In this document: positions 36,337 through 45,599 of the stretch, one piece after another | Layout of the letters: each line of letters opens with the position of its first letter | Position numbering within the stretch: the stretch's first letter is position 1 | Assembly: GCA_003176045.1 (NCBI GenBank) | Contig: PSRM01000182.1 | Span: 11,298 to 75,297 of the forward strand | Origin: Verrucomicrobiota bacterium | GTDB taxonomy: Bacteria > Verrucomicrobiota > Verrucomicrobiia > Limisphaerales > UBA8199 | Length of the DNA: 64,000 bases | Direction of reading: 5' to 3' | The notes under the pieces: generated by a model | Told to the model about the DNA's origin: nothing | The model's input: the letters and a program-made list of their open reading frames with translations, nothing else | The model's database searches: none | Made by a program: the position numbers and the translations under genes

Positions 36337-39282
36337 TCATCGCCGCTTCTGAGCCCGACGCTTGGCTTCAAGGAGTCGGCTGGTGGTCGTGGCAGGGGGG
36401 GCTTCCTCCGGAGCGGGAGGCGGTTCCGCAGCGGTTGCCGACGCCACCGGCGGCGGTTCGGGTTCCTCACCGCCGGGCAAGATGACTTCGACCGGCTTTT
36501 CGGGTTTGAACAAATCTTCACTGCGCCTTCCGGATTCCGCACTCCGCACCGCCTTTGCTCCCCATTCCGCGCTCCGCACTTCTCCGCGGCGAGCCAGGAG
36601 GGCTTCGAGGGAAGCGTCGGCTTCGGGAGCGCGCGGGGCGGGTTGCAGGAAGAAGAGGTAGCGGCGCAGGGCCCGGGCCGCGCGCGCCCATTCTTCGCGG
36701 TCCATCTGGATGCGTCGCACGCCGACGTCGGCCACGAAAAGCAGAATGGCGAACTTGAGCAGCCATTGCCAGAGGTCGCGCGGCTGAAACGTTTTCAGCC
36801 GATTATGTGTGAACGGGTTGTCGGTTTCGATGGCCGGATCGAGCATTTTGCCGCCGCCGCTTTCGGCCAGGCGGCGCAACAGGTTCACATTCGGCTCAGC
36901 GGAGTTGAACTCAGGTGAATAGTTCACGCTGGCGCCAACGACCTGTGATCCGACGATTTCGCGGTTTTTCACCTCCAGCAGATTGAGGGTGTAGAGTCCG
37001 ATTTCCTTCGTAGCGAACCGGGCCTCGTAATGGCCTGGGCCGGTTTGTTCGAGGTGATTGGTCTGGCTGACGCCTTTGGGGCTGGTGATGATGACTGGCA
37101 GGTTGAGGAAATTTCGGTAATTGCCCTGGGCATCGAGGGCCTCGACGTTCACCACGCCTTCGCCTTTGTCGATGGTGACCTGGGTGTCCAGGTCCGCGTT
37201 TTCAAGTTTGCGCAGGCTCCATTGGCCGATCTGGGACCAGAACTGCCGGTATTTTTCCCAATTCAGCCAAATGCGGGCCCAGCGCGCTTTGGCGTCCGCA
37301 GTGAACGCGACGGTGCGGCCCAGGCCGTATTGCCAATGGGCCAGGAGCGGATCGCCTTTATCGGTCCACATTGGCGTCTCGGCGCGGGGCTTGGGCGTGG
37401 TGGCGACGTAACCGAGCAGTTGCGGAATTTCCGGCCCTTCAAAACCGCGCACCACTTCAGTGTGAGAGCGCAACTGCGGCTTGAAAGGTTCCTCGTAGAT
37501 TGCAGACTTCAGAATAACGGCGGTTTCCTTGATGAATATCTGCGGCAGTTGCTCGGGTGAAGTCACGTTGTAGAACCGGCCACGGCCCTGGTCGGCGATC
37601 CACATCATTTGTTCGGGGCCCATGTGGCCGGAGATGAGCACGGTGCTGACGGTGATGTGGTCGTCCACGATTGCTTTCATCAATTCCTTTGCCGGCAGGG
37701 CAGGATCGCCGTCGCTGAACACGATGATGTGCTTGAGATTGGCGGTGGATTTCTTCAGACCGTCGTGAGCCAGTTGGAGCGGTCCTTGAAAGCTGGCCAT
37801 GTCGCCCTGATTCATTCCGGCGATTTGCGACTGGAGCGGGCCTCTATTATTGCTCACTTTTTGAAGGGGGAACAGCCAGCGTTCTTGCGCCTGGCCATCC
37901 CAATAAATAACGCCCATTTCATCGGCCGGTCCAAGCGCGGCCAGAACGCCCTGGGCACACTCGCGCGCGACCTGGTTGCCATTGTTAAACTCCATTCCGT
38001 GCATGATGAGCACAACGGCGCCGCTGGGCAGGACCTTCTTGCTGTCCAATTCCATGCTCACGGGGAGCATCGCCTCCAGCGGCGTGCCGCGGTAAGCGCC
38101 GGCAGCGTAAGCCTCATCGCCGCCGACACAAACCACGCCCACGCCAAAATCGCGGACGGCGCTCTCGAGCAACTTCTGCCGGTCGCTGCCCAGGTCGCCG
38201 GCGGCTACGTTGCTGATGAAGATGGCATCGTAACTTTGCATCTCGGCGAGTGTGCTTGGAAAATCCTTGAGGCCGGCGAGGACGACTTGGAGGTTGACCG
38301 GAGCGCCCGGTGAAGGCACCGGGCCTACATGAGTTTGGAGCGCGGCGGCCAATTGTTTGTCCTGGTCGGGTTCGGCCGAGATCAGCAACAGGCGGGGTTC
38401 GCCGCGGACAATGGCGAAAGTGGAGGCGCGGTTATTTTGAGGCAGCGGATCGCCTGGAGCTTCCACTTGCACGTCATATTCATAGAAACCCGGGTCGGGC
38501 AGTGTTTGAGGAAAAGTGAAAAGATTCTTGCCTTGCGAAAGTTGGACTTTTTGTTCGCCGAGGAACTGGTTATTGCGAATAAGGCGGATAGTGGCGGGCG
38601 TGGCCTGATCGGCTAGAATGAAAATTTTGGCTTCGAAGACCTGACCTCGCTTGAGGTTGGAAGGGACCTGGAGCTTTTGGACCGAAACGTCGTTCGGCCG
38701 CGCAACGCCCATGGGCACGACATCCACGGAGACGCCGAGTTGTTCTTTGGCTGCGAGCACCGCGCCCATGGCATCGCCCACGTTTTCGTTGCCATCGGTG
38801 AGCAGCACCAATCGTTTCTGGCCGCTCTCGGGGAACGCGGCGGTGCCCAGGCGGATGGCGCCGGCGAGGTCTGTGCGTTCAGTGCCGACTACGGCCTGGA
38901 TCTTGGTCAGTTCCAGGCGCGAGTTCGGCGAGCTTTCGATGCTGGCCTCGCTGCCGAACACGATGACCCCGGCCTTATCGTCGTTGTTCTTCTGGCGCAC
39001 CATGCGATTGATGAGGTCGCGAGCGGCTTCCTGTTGCGTGGACGGGATGCTGTCGGAGCGATCGAGCACGAAGAAGACGTTCATGCCTTCGACCCGCCGC
39101 CGCCATTGCAGGCCTGCCATGGCGAAGACGAGCGCCGTGACAACCACAATACGGATTAAAAGGGCGGTCCAGCGTCGCCCGGAAGAGATTTGAACGTCGC
39201 TTTTGATCGCGAACCAAAGCACCCATGCGAGCGCCGGGATGAGCGAGAGCAGGTAAAGAGGATGAGTGAAACTAAAGTTCAC
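36337..39282 (-). CDS. Membrane-anchored double-vWA / glutamine-amidotransferase-like (DUF1355-type) protein
   Basis: VLDRSDS, TDL..AI, LLTDGNEN, YDAIFISNV, IIVFSDG, LLAHWQYGLGR; GTG start at 39282 overlaps the upstream stop (GTGA). Confidence 0.85.
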   Translation of the reverse strand: MNFSFTHPLYLLSLIPALAWVLWFAIKSDVQISSGRRWTALLIRIVVVTALVFAMAGLQWRRRVEGMNVFFVLDRSDSIPSTQQEAARDLINRMVRQKNNDDKAGVIVFGSEASIESSPNSRLELTKIQAVVGTERTDLAGAIRLGTAAFPESGQKRLVLLTDGNENVGDAMGAVLAAKEQLGVSVDVVPMGVARPNDVSVQKLQVPSNLKRGQVFEAKIFILADQATPATIRLIRNNQFLGEQKVQLSQGKNLFTFPQTLPDPGFYEYDVQVEAPGDPLPQNNRASTFAIVRGEPRLLLISAEPDQDKQLAAALQTHVGPVPSPGAPVNLQVVLAGLKDFPSTLAEMQSYDAIFISNVAAGDLGSDRQKLLESAVRDFGVGVVCVGGDEAYAAGAYRGTPLEAMLPVSMELDSKKVLPSGAVVLIMHGMEFNNGNQVARECAQGVLAALGPADEMGVIYWDGQAQERWLFPLQKVSNNRGPLQSQIAGMNQGDMASFQGPLQLAHDGLKKSTANLKHIIVFSDGDPALPAKELMKAIVDDHITVSTVLISGHMGPEQMMWIADQGRGRFYNVTSPEQLPQIFIKETAVILKSAIYEEPFKPQLRSHTEVVRGFEGPEIPQLLGYVATTPKPRAETPMWTDKGDPLLAHWQYGLGRTVAFTADAKARWARIWLNWEKYRQFWSQIGQWSLRKLENADLDTQVTIDKGEGVVNVEALDAQGNYRNFLNLPVIITSPKGVSQTNHLEQTGPGHYEARFATKEIGLYTLNLLEVKNREIVGSQVVGASVNYSPEFNSAEPNVNLLRRLAESGGGKMLDPAIETDNPFTHNRLKTFQPRDLWQWLLKFAILLFVADVGVRRIQMDREEWARAARALRRYLFFLQPAPRAPEADASLEALLARRGEVRSAEWGAKAVRSAESGRRSEDLFKPEKPVEVILPGGEEPEPPPVASATAAEPPPAPEEAPPATTTSRLLEAKRRAQKRR

Positions 39283-42164
39283 GGCGCGCGGTCCAAAGTC
39301 CAAAGTCCAAAGTCCAAAGTCCGAAGCCCGAAATCCGAAGCCCGAAATCCGAAGGGTCGAGCGTCGAGGGTCGAAGGTCGAGGGCGGAGACTACCTCGAT
39401 TCGTAGCAGCCGAGATAACGAGGCTCCAATTTTTTTCGGCCTGCTGGGTTAAAAAATAACAGAGCCTCGTTACCTCGGCTGCTACGTGGGGGGCGATCGA
39501 CGCTTGCTCCCGGCTGGCCGCTTGCTCACGCGCGCGGCTCTGTGCGCTGGCATTCTGCCGGCGAATAAGCTTCTGGACGCGGTGATTCTGCGAATCGGCG
39601 ACGTAGAGGTTTCCGGCGGAGTCCAGGGCGATGCCCCAGGGGTTGCTGAACTCGCCGGGTTCTGCGCCGGGATGGCCGATGATTTCGATCGGCTGATCGT
39701 TGGCATCGAAAATTTGGATCCGGCCGTTGCCAAACTCGCAGATGTACTGGCGCCCGGAGGAGTCCACGCAAATGTCGTAGGGATAGCTCAATTCGCCTTT
39801 GCCCGCGCCAGCTTTGCCGTAGGCGCGGAGGAACTTGCCGTCGCTGGAGAAGATCTGGATGCGATGGTTGCAGGAGTCGGCTACGTAAAGGCGGTCCTCT
39901 GAGTCCACGCAGATCCCCTCGGCGCGGTTGAATTCGCCAGGGCCGGTGCCGGGATGGCCGAGGGAGAGGAGGGGCGAGGGGCGAGGGGCGGGGGACGGAG
40001 GTGAAACGTGTTGCGTATTGCGTATTGCGTGTTGCGTATTAGCTGACGCCTGTTCCGGACTTTTCGTGTCTTTCGTGACTTTCGTGGTTTGTAGATCGAA
40101 TTTCTGTACGCGTTCGTTTTCGCCGTATTCACTGACAAACATTTCGCCGCGCGAATTGACGGCGACCGCGCGGGGCAACATGAATTGGCCGGGGCCGGTT
40201 CCGCGCTGGCCCCATTGGGCGACGAGTTTGCCGTCAGGCGAGAAATGGTTCACGCGCTGGTAATGCGGTTCGAGCACGATGATATTGCCGTCCGAATCGC
40301 GACACATGCCTTTGGGTTTGCCGAGGTCGGTTTGCGGCATTTGCCAGGAAAGGAGGAACGCGCCACTCGAAGAGAATTTTTGGACACGGCCGGTCATGTC
40401 GGCCACATAAAGATTGTCCTCGCGGTCAATGGCAACCGAACGCGGTTTGTTGAATTGACCCACACCGACGCCTCGCGAGCCAATGACTTCGACACGACTA
40501 AAGAGGCGGCTGCCGAGAGGGGTGGAGGCAGGGGACGAGGGGGAGCAGGAGGTAAGGGGGAGCGTGAGGAGCGTGAGGAGCGTGAGAGCGTGATGCGTGA
40601 AACATGAAACGTGAATCGTGAAATGTGACCCGATTTCGGCTTTTGGGCCTTGGACTGTGGACGGTGGACTGTGGACTGGCTTCCCCCTCGCCCCTCGACC
40701 CCCGACCCCCGGCCGGACTTTGGACACCACGGTCCACGCGATCAACGGCGCCAGCGCGAGGGCGAGCAGCGCCAGGCAAAGCGCGTTGACTTGTGCGTTG
40801 TGGCCGTAGTGGAGAAGGTTGAAGATGCGAAGGGACAGGGTTTCGCCGCCGGGCGGCACAACCAGGATCATCGTCTCAACGTCCCAGAGGCAGAGGAGGA
40901 ATATAATATACCAGGCCGCGGCCAGTTGGGGGCCGGTCTGCGGCCAATAGGCGTGCCGGAACATTTGGAGCCGTGAGGCGCCCTCGAGTCGGGCAGCGTC
41001 GGCGAGATCGCGGTCCACACTCGCGGTTGCGCTGGCCACGGCCGTCCAGCCCAAAGCCAGATAACGAATCACGAATGCCAGAATGACAATTCCGGCGCTC
41101 TGATAAAAGAAAGACGTCCAGGAGTGATTAAACAGATGAATGAGCGCCAGGCCGGTCAGAACGCCGGGGAGGAGGAAGGGAAGCCAGAGAAGAAGGCGGA
41201 AGAATGGGAGAGTGGGAGAGTGGGAGAGTGGGGGATGGAGCCGTCGGACCGATCGGGCCGGTTGGACAAATAGAGCAGAAAGAATAACTGCCGTAGCCGC
41301 GCTGGCCGCAAACCAGAACGAGTGGCCGAGCGCGTGCTGGCCACGGGCGGCGGCGAGGGCGCCGGGGAGTTCGGTCCAGGTGCGTTTCACTAGAATGAGC
41401 TGAAGCACGGGCAGGCCAACCGCAAAAAGACAGGTAGTGAGGGCAATAACACCGCTTGTCCAAAATAACGCGGGGCCAAGTTGACGTCGGATGAGGCGGG
41501 GCGAGACTGTTGGCTGAACGTGCGGCCAGGGGATGGAAGAGGGATTAAGATTAAGAGAAAGATTACGATTAAGATTAAGAAGAAGAAAAAGGAGCAATGG
41601 ACCCAGAACCAGCGGCAGGCTCATGAGCAGCACACCCCATGTGTCGAAGGTGGTATTGAACCGGACCCACATTTCTGCGGGAAACACTTTGACCTGAAGG
41701 ATGGCTGGCACAGCAAAGTTGTTGAGCGCCAAAACGAAAGTGAGAGTCGCGGCGATCACGATGGCGTTTCTGGCAAGGGGCACGAGGAGGCCGCGCAGCA
41801 AGTTCCAACCTGTGACAGCCATGTCGCTTTCAAGTTGGGCAGGTTCGAGTCGCTGCCAGGCCGCGCACGCCGCAAAAGTGGCAATGGGCCAAAGCAGGAG
41901 TGCGAGAATCCAGGCTGCCCCACCGAGGGAAAAAATGTTTAGCGGAACCCAGCGGCGCCATGCGCCGGTATCGCCGAGGAAATGAAGCCAGCAATTGGTC
42001 GCAACGAATGGCGGCGTGGCCAGAGCGATTACGGCCAGAACCAGAAACAGCGCCCGCCATCGTCGGGGCAAGCCGGCAAGCCAGAGCGCTACTGCCAGAC
42101 CGATACCAACGGCGAGCACGGTGGCGAGCAGGCTGACGAGGACGCTGTTTTTTAAAAGGAGCAA
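39279..42164 (-). CDS. Fe3+/thiamine-type ABC permease (FbpB-like, two TM modules) fused to an NHL-repeat beta-propeller
   Basis: DAARLEGA EAA-like motif, PGVLTG, PPGGETL; then FNKPRSVA, LSYPYDI, FSNPWGIA, YVADSQNHRVQK NHL repeats. Confidence 0.85.
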   Translation of the reverse strand: MLLLKNSVLVSLLATVLAVGIGLAVALWLAGLPRRWRALFLVLAVIALATPPFVATNCWLHFLGDTGAWRRWVPLNIFSLGGAAWILALLLWPIATFAACAAWQRLEPAQLESDMAVTGWNLLRGLLVPLARNAIVIAATLTFVLALNNFAVPAILQVKVFPAEMWVRFNTTFDTWGVLLMSLPLVLGPLLLFLLLNLNRNLSLNLNPSSIPWPHVQPTVSPRLIRRQLGPALFWTSGVIALTTCLFAVGLPVLQLILVKRTWTELPGALAAARGQHALGHSFWFAASAATAVILSALFVQPARSVRRLHPPLSHSPTLPFFRLLLWLPFLLPGVLTGLALIHLFNHSWTSFFYQSAGIVILAFVIRYLALGWTAVASATASVDRDLADAARLEGASRLQMFRHAYWPQTGPQLAAAWYIIFLLCLWDVETMILVVPPGGETLSLRIFNLLHYGHNAQVNALCLALLALALAPLIAWTVVSKVRPGVGGRGARGKPVHSPPSTVQGPKAEIGSHFTIHVSCFTHHALTLLTLLTLPLTSCSPSSPASTPLGSRLFSRVEVIGSRGVGVGQFNKPRSVAIDREDNLYVADMTGRVQKFSSSGAFLLSWQMPQTDLGKPKGMCRDSDGNIIVLEPHYQRVNHFSPDGKLVAQWGQRGTGPGQFMLPRAVAVNSRGEMFVSEYGENERVQKFDLQTTKVTKDTKSPEQASANTQHAIRNTQHVSPPSPAPRPSPLLSLGHPGTGPGEFNRAEGICVDSEDRLYVADSCNHRIQIFSSDGKFLRAYGKAGAGKGELSYPYDICVDSSGRQYICEFGNGRIQIFDANDQPIEIIGHPGAEPGEFSNPWGIALDSAGNLYVADSQNHRVQKLIRRQNASAQSRAREQAASREQASIAPHVAAEVTRLCYFLTQQAEKNWSLVISAATNRGSLRPRPSTLDARPFGFRASDFGLRTLDFGLWTLDRAP

Positions 42165-42169
42165 GGGGA

Positions 42170-42201
42170 ATTTATGATTTATGAATTATGATTTATGATT
42201 T
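42170..42201. repeat. (ATTTATG)4 heptamer array, inverted partner of 43657-43685
   Basis: Directly visible. Confidence 0.85.
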
Positions 42202-42251
42202 TTGTAAACAAAAAGGGGTTGGTGGTTGGTGTTTGCAAAGTGATTGCTCCT

Positions 42252-43385
42252 TCATCGCAAGAAAATCTCGTTGAGTTTGGTCGTGGTGGAATCCAAATCG
42301 CGCAGGAGCGCGGGCCAATCAGGGGTGAGCGTTGGCGCGGCGGCGTCTTGGAGTGCGCCAGTCCTCTGGCGCTTTTGTTTCGCTTCGGAACTCTCAGCCA
42401 AAGCGCTCCCGATAGATCGGGAGCGCACTCCAAAAGCTTCGCCAGTCTGGCCGCTCAAGTCCTCCAAAGCGCCGACTGATACAAGGCCCTGCACGATCTT
42501 CGGCTGTTGAAGGTAATCGAACAGGCGCCGGGCGGAATCGGGATGCGGAGCGTTGCGGACGAGGGCGACGGTGTTTGGGATGAGCAAGGTTTCTGAAGTG
42601 ATGGGCAGCGGGATTATCGGTAAGCCGTTATGTTGGCCTTCGGCGATGTCATCGGAATCTGTGAGGCCGATCCAGGCTTCGCCACGTCCGACCAACTTTA
42701 CGACCACGGAGTTGCCGTCCACAAGGAAGGGTTTATTCGCAGCTAGTGCGCGGCACCAGGTTTGCCAGGACTGGTCGCCCCAAAGCTGTCGCAAAGCATG
42801 AAAATGGGTGGCGGTGGTGCCGAATTGAGGATAGGCAAGGGCCACTTTACCGCGCCAGGCGGTGTTGGTGAGTTCCAGCAGTGAGTGCGGGGCTGAAGCG
42901 AGAGACAGATGGTTTGTGTTGATGACAATCCGGCGGCTGCGATGGCCGAAGGCAGCCCAACCGTCCGGAGCGCGGACAGCCTTGTCCGCGCCGGGAATGC
43001 CAAAGATATTCTGCGCCGCCAATTGCCGGGTCCGCATTTCTTCGTTGCCCCAAAAGACGTCGCATTGCGGATGATTGCGCTCGGCGAGCAGGCGATTGGC
43101 CAAGCCCACGGTTTTTACAGCTTCGTTATCATAGACGGCACGGACCTTGATGCCGGTTTCCTTTTCGAAGTCCTGGAAGATGGGTTCCGCATAAACCTGG
43201 TCCTGGGCGCAGTAGGCGATGACGAAGCCAGATCCCATTGAGAAGCTGACCAGCGAGAGAACAAGAGTAAGCACGATTACCAAACCAACGCCGATAATAA
43301 GTCCCCAGAAAGACGTCATCTCTCGTTGAGTGAATTCATCTTTCGGCCAGTTATAATCTTTAGCTTGGTTCTCCTGTTGGCTCAT
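42252..43385 (-). CDS. ABC transporter substrate-binding protein (Fe3+-type, SBP_bac_6-like)
   Basis: FEKETGIKV, CDVFWGNE, WRGKVALA.P.FGT, TDSDD, IPNTVAL, ARRLFDYL; N-terminal TM anchor. Confidence 0.88.
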   Translation of the reverse strand: MSQQENQAKDYNWPKDEFTQREMTSFWGLIIGVGLVIVLTLVLSLVSFSMGSGFVIAYCAQDQVYAEPIFQDFEKETGIKVRAVYDNEAVKTVGLANRLLAERNHPQCDVFWGNEEMRTRQLAAQNIFGIPGADKAVRAPDGWAAFGHRSRRIVINTNHLSLASAPHSLLELTNTAWRGKVALAYPQFGTTATHFHALRQLWGDQSWQTWCRALAANKPFLVDGNSVVVKLVGRGEAWIGLTDSDDIAEGQHNGLPIIPLPITSETLLIPNTVALVRNAPHPDSARRLFDYLQQPKIVQGLVSVGALEDLSGQTGEAFGVRSRSIGSALAESSEAKQKRQRTGALQDAAAPTLTPDWPALLRDLDSTTTKLNEIFLR

Positions 43386-43424
43386 TTCGCCGAAATTGCA
43401 AATTGAAAATTGACCGGACCGAGC

Positions 43425-43635
43425 CGTGTGGCGGCACGCTGAAAGTAGCCGTGGGCTTCAGCCCACGGATAGATGGACCAAATCGCCGGAGCGTCGCGGA
43501 GCGACGCTTGAAAATGCGGGTATGCGGTCAGCGGGAAGAACGCTTCAAGCGTCGCTAACGCGACGCAAAAATCCTCCTCCGTCCCGTACCGTGGGCTCAA
43601 GCCCACGGCTACCTTCACGCCATCGCTACGCGATG
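43425..43635. repeat. REP/REPIN-like doublet (GTAGCCGTGGGCTTCAGCCCACGG) with CGTCGC..GCGACG hairpins
   Basis: Inverted copies at 43445-43468 and 43589-43612. Confidence 0.8.
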
Positions 43636-43656
43636 CCACCATACGGCCTCTCCGCT

Positions 43657-43685
43657 CGTAAATCATAAATCATAAATCATAAATT
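43657..43685. repeat. (CATAAAT)4 heptamer array just after the BatA-gene stop
   Basis: Directly visible; reverse complement of 42170-42201. Confidence 0.85.
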
Positions 43686-43689
43686 CCGC

Positions 43690-45525
43690 TCAAGCGGTCC
43701 TTCGATGGTAATACCACCACTCCACCGCCAGCACGACCAATGCGATGGCGGCGATGGTGCGCCACAATTCCATGTTTGCCCGCTGAAGCGTGGTCGCCTC
43801 CACGGTGGTGTATTTGCCCAGATGCAAATTTTCCCGTGGTCGAATATTGCTTTCGGCGGCATCAAGCAGGTTGACGCAAAAAGCGGTGTCGTTGGTGCCG
43901 ACATGAAGGCGATAGATGCCTTGCTTCAAGGTGTCGCCAAAAACCAGTTCGTTGGCATTGGAATTGAGCGGGATGGTCCTGGTCTCGCCGCCGGGCAAGG
44001 TGATTTGGGCGCTGCGCTCCGGTTGGGTGAGGGCAAGACGGAAGGGATCACCGGCTTTGACAAGCAGTTGGCTGGTTTTGGTGGTGGCGGGGTTGAGCCA
44101 TTCGACGGCATTGGCGATGAAGATGGGATACGAGACACGCAACGGCCAGTTGCTCTGGAGCGTGTCGAAACCGATCCATATAATGCGCTGACGGCCAAAC
44201 TCACCGGCCAGAACCAATGGGTTCTGCGGCGCCTCGACCAATGCGATGGCCCAGGTCGGAAGTTTTGCGGTAAGGCTTTCGGCTACCTGCACGTTGTCGA
44301 ATCCCGCATAGCGCAGGAGCGGGTGGGCCGTTTTCCATTCGACGATCGCCGGCGCCTCGATGCGGGTGATATTTTCCAGCCAATTGGTGTTCACCACATG
44401 AATCGCCAGCATATTGCCTTTGGGCCAAACCGTGGGGGTGATGTCATCGAGCACCACGAAATCGAATTCGCCGGCTTCGTCCGCAAGGTTGTTGGCTGTG
44501 CGCAGTTCAACGCCGGCAGCCGCGCGCAGAGCTTTTTCCAGAAACCGGTTGCCTCGCGAGACAAGAAGGACTTTTATGGGTTTGGGCAACAGGCTAACAA
44601 TCGAGGCGCGATCATCGGCTCCCAGATCGTCTTTTGAAGTGAGGCGCGCGGTAAACACGCCGTCGTGGGGTTGCGAGGCCACAAAAGCCTGCGGTGCCAG
44701 TTCGCCAGGGCCGAGCGTCAGCGCCCGAGTGTCGAGCAATTGATCATCGAACAGCAATTGGATTTCCGTAGCGACGCTGTTGCTGGAGAAATTTTGGACG
44801 TTGGCATACACCGCGCGTTGGCGAGCGTCATCAGGATTGGCCCGAACGTCGAGCGCCGTGATGCCGATGTTATTGGCGTCCTGCCCAATGCGATGAAAAA
44901 TGAGCGGCAGCGCCCGGTTTTCGAACTCGTTCAGGTCCGGAACCGCGCCGTCGGAGAACAGATGGATTTGGGCGTCCTTTTGATCGCGCACGAGCGACTC
45001 GGCCATTTTGAGCGCGGGCACCAGGCGTGTGGGAGAATCGGAACACATGCACTCCTTCAATGCGCGGCGCAGTGCAGTTTTGTCGCCGGTGGCGGACTGT
45101 TTGACTTCGGTGTTTGCGCCGGCCTGGAGGATGACCATTTGGTCAGTATCGGCCAGGCTATCAATCCACTGCAAGGCTTCGGTGCGCGCTTTTTCGAACC
45201 GGTTCGGTTTTTCGTCCGTGGCCTGCATGGAGGCCGAGGCATCCAAAATGATCACGCGCAATTGTGCGGGTTTGGCTTTGGTTGGGAAAAACGGCCGGCT
45301 CAGCGCCAGCACGGCGAACAGCAGAAGGAGGATTTGGAGGATGAGCAGCCAGTTCTTGCGCAGCTTTTGAAACGGCGCGCTGGCCTGGGTGTCTGAGAGG
45401 AAGCGTTGCCAAAGGAGCGTGCTGGAGACCAGCTTGATGACGCGCTTGCGCTTCAGGAGATAAAAGACCACCACCACCGGGATGGTGGCAGCGAACGCGA
45501 AGGCGGCTGGCGCTAAGAAGTGCAT
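43690..45525 (-). CDS. BatA N-terminal + vWA domain membrane protein
   Basis: MHFLAP...P.VVFYLLK...VSSTLLW, LSRP, ILDASASM, FSDG; C-terminal TM ending EWWYYHRR. Confidence 0.9.
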   Translation of the reverse strand: MHFLAPAAFAFAATIPVVVVFYLLKRKRVIKLVSSTLLWQRFLSDTQASAPFQKLRKNWLLILQILLLLFAVLALSRPFFPTKAKPAQLRVIILDASASMQATDEKPNRFEKARTEALQWIDSLADTDQMVILQAGANTEVKQSATGDKTALRRALKECMCSDSPTRLVPALKMAESLVRDQKDAQIHLFSDGAVPDLNEFENRALPLIFHRIGQDANNIGITALDVRANPDDARQRAVYANVQNFSSNSVATEIQLLFDDQLLDTRALTLGPGELAPQAFVASQPHDGVFTARLTSKDDLGADDRASIVSLLPKPIKVLLVSRGNRFLEKALRAAAGVELRTANNLADEAGEFDFVVLDDITPTVWPKGNMLAIHVVNTNWLENITRIEAPAIVEWKTAHPLLRYAGFDNVQVAESLTAKLPTWAIALVEAPQNPLVLAGEFGRQRIIWIGFDTLQSNWPLRVSYPIFIANAVEWLNPATTKTSQLLVKAGDPFRLALTQPERSAQITLPGGETRTIPLNSNANELVFGDTLKQGIYRLHVGTNDTAFCVNLLDAAESNIRPRENLHLGKYTTVEATTLQRANMELWRTIAAIALVVLAVEWWYYHRRTA

Positions 45526-45541
45526 GACGAGCTTGTTTTAT

Positions 45542-45584
45542 GTCAGACCGGTCGGACCGGTCGGACCGGTCGGACCGGTCGGAC
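45542..45584. repeat. (GTCGGACCG) 9-mer tandem array, about 5 units
   Basis: Directly visible between DUF58 and BatA genes. Confidence 0.9.
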
Positions 45585-45599
45585 GAAATTTCCTGGAGT

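Noticed and set aside
27600-42164. In-frame arrays as sequencing or assembly artefacts
   Set aside because: Units are degenerate and of many types, yet reading frames are consistently preserved, which artefacts would be unlikely to do; read-level confirmation is still advisable.
43382-43666. 94-aa ORF upstream of the ABC binding protein
   Set aside because: Composed almost entirely of REP palindromes and a heptamer array; no protein-like features.
28851-45396. Long plus-strand ORFs (e.g. 28851-29714, 31419-32282, 43705-44637, 44665-45396)
   Set aside because: Antisense shadows of well-supported minus-strand genes, typical of high-GC DNA.
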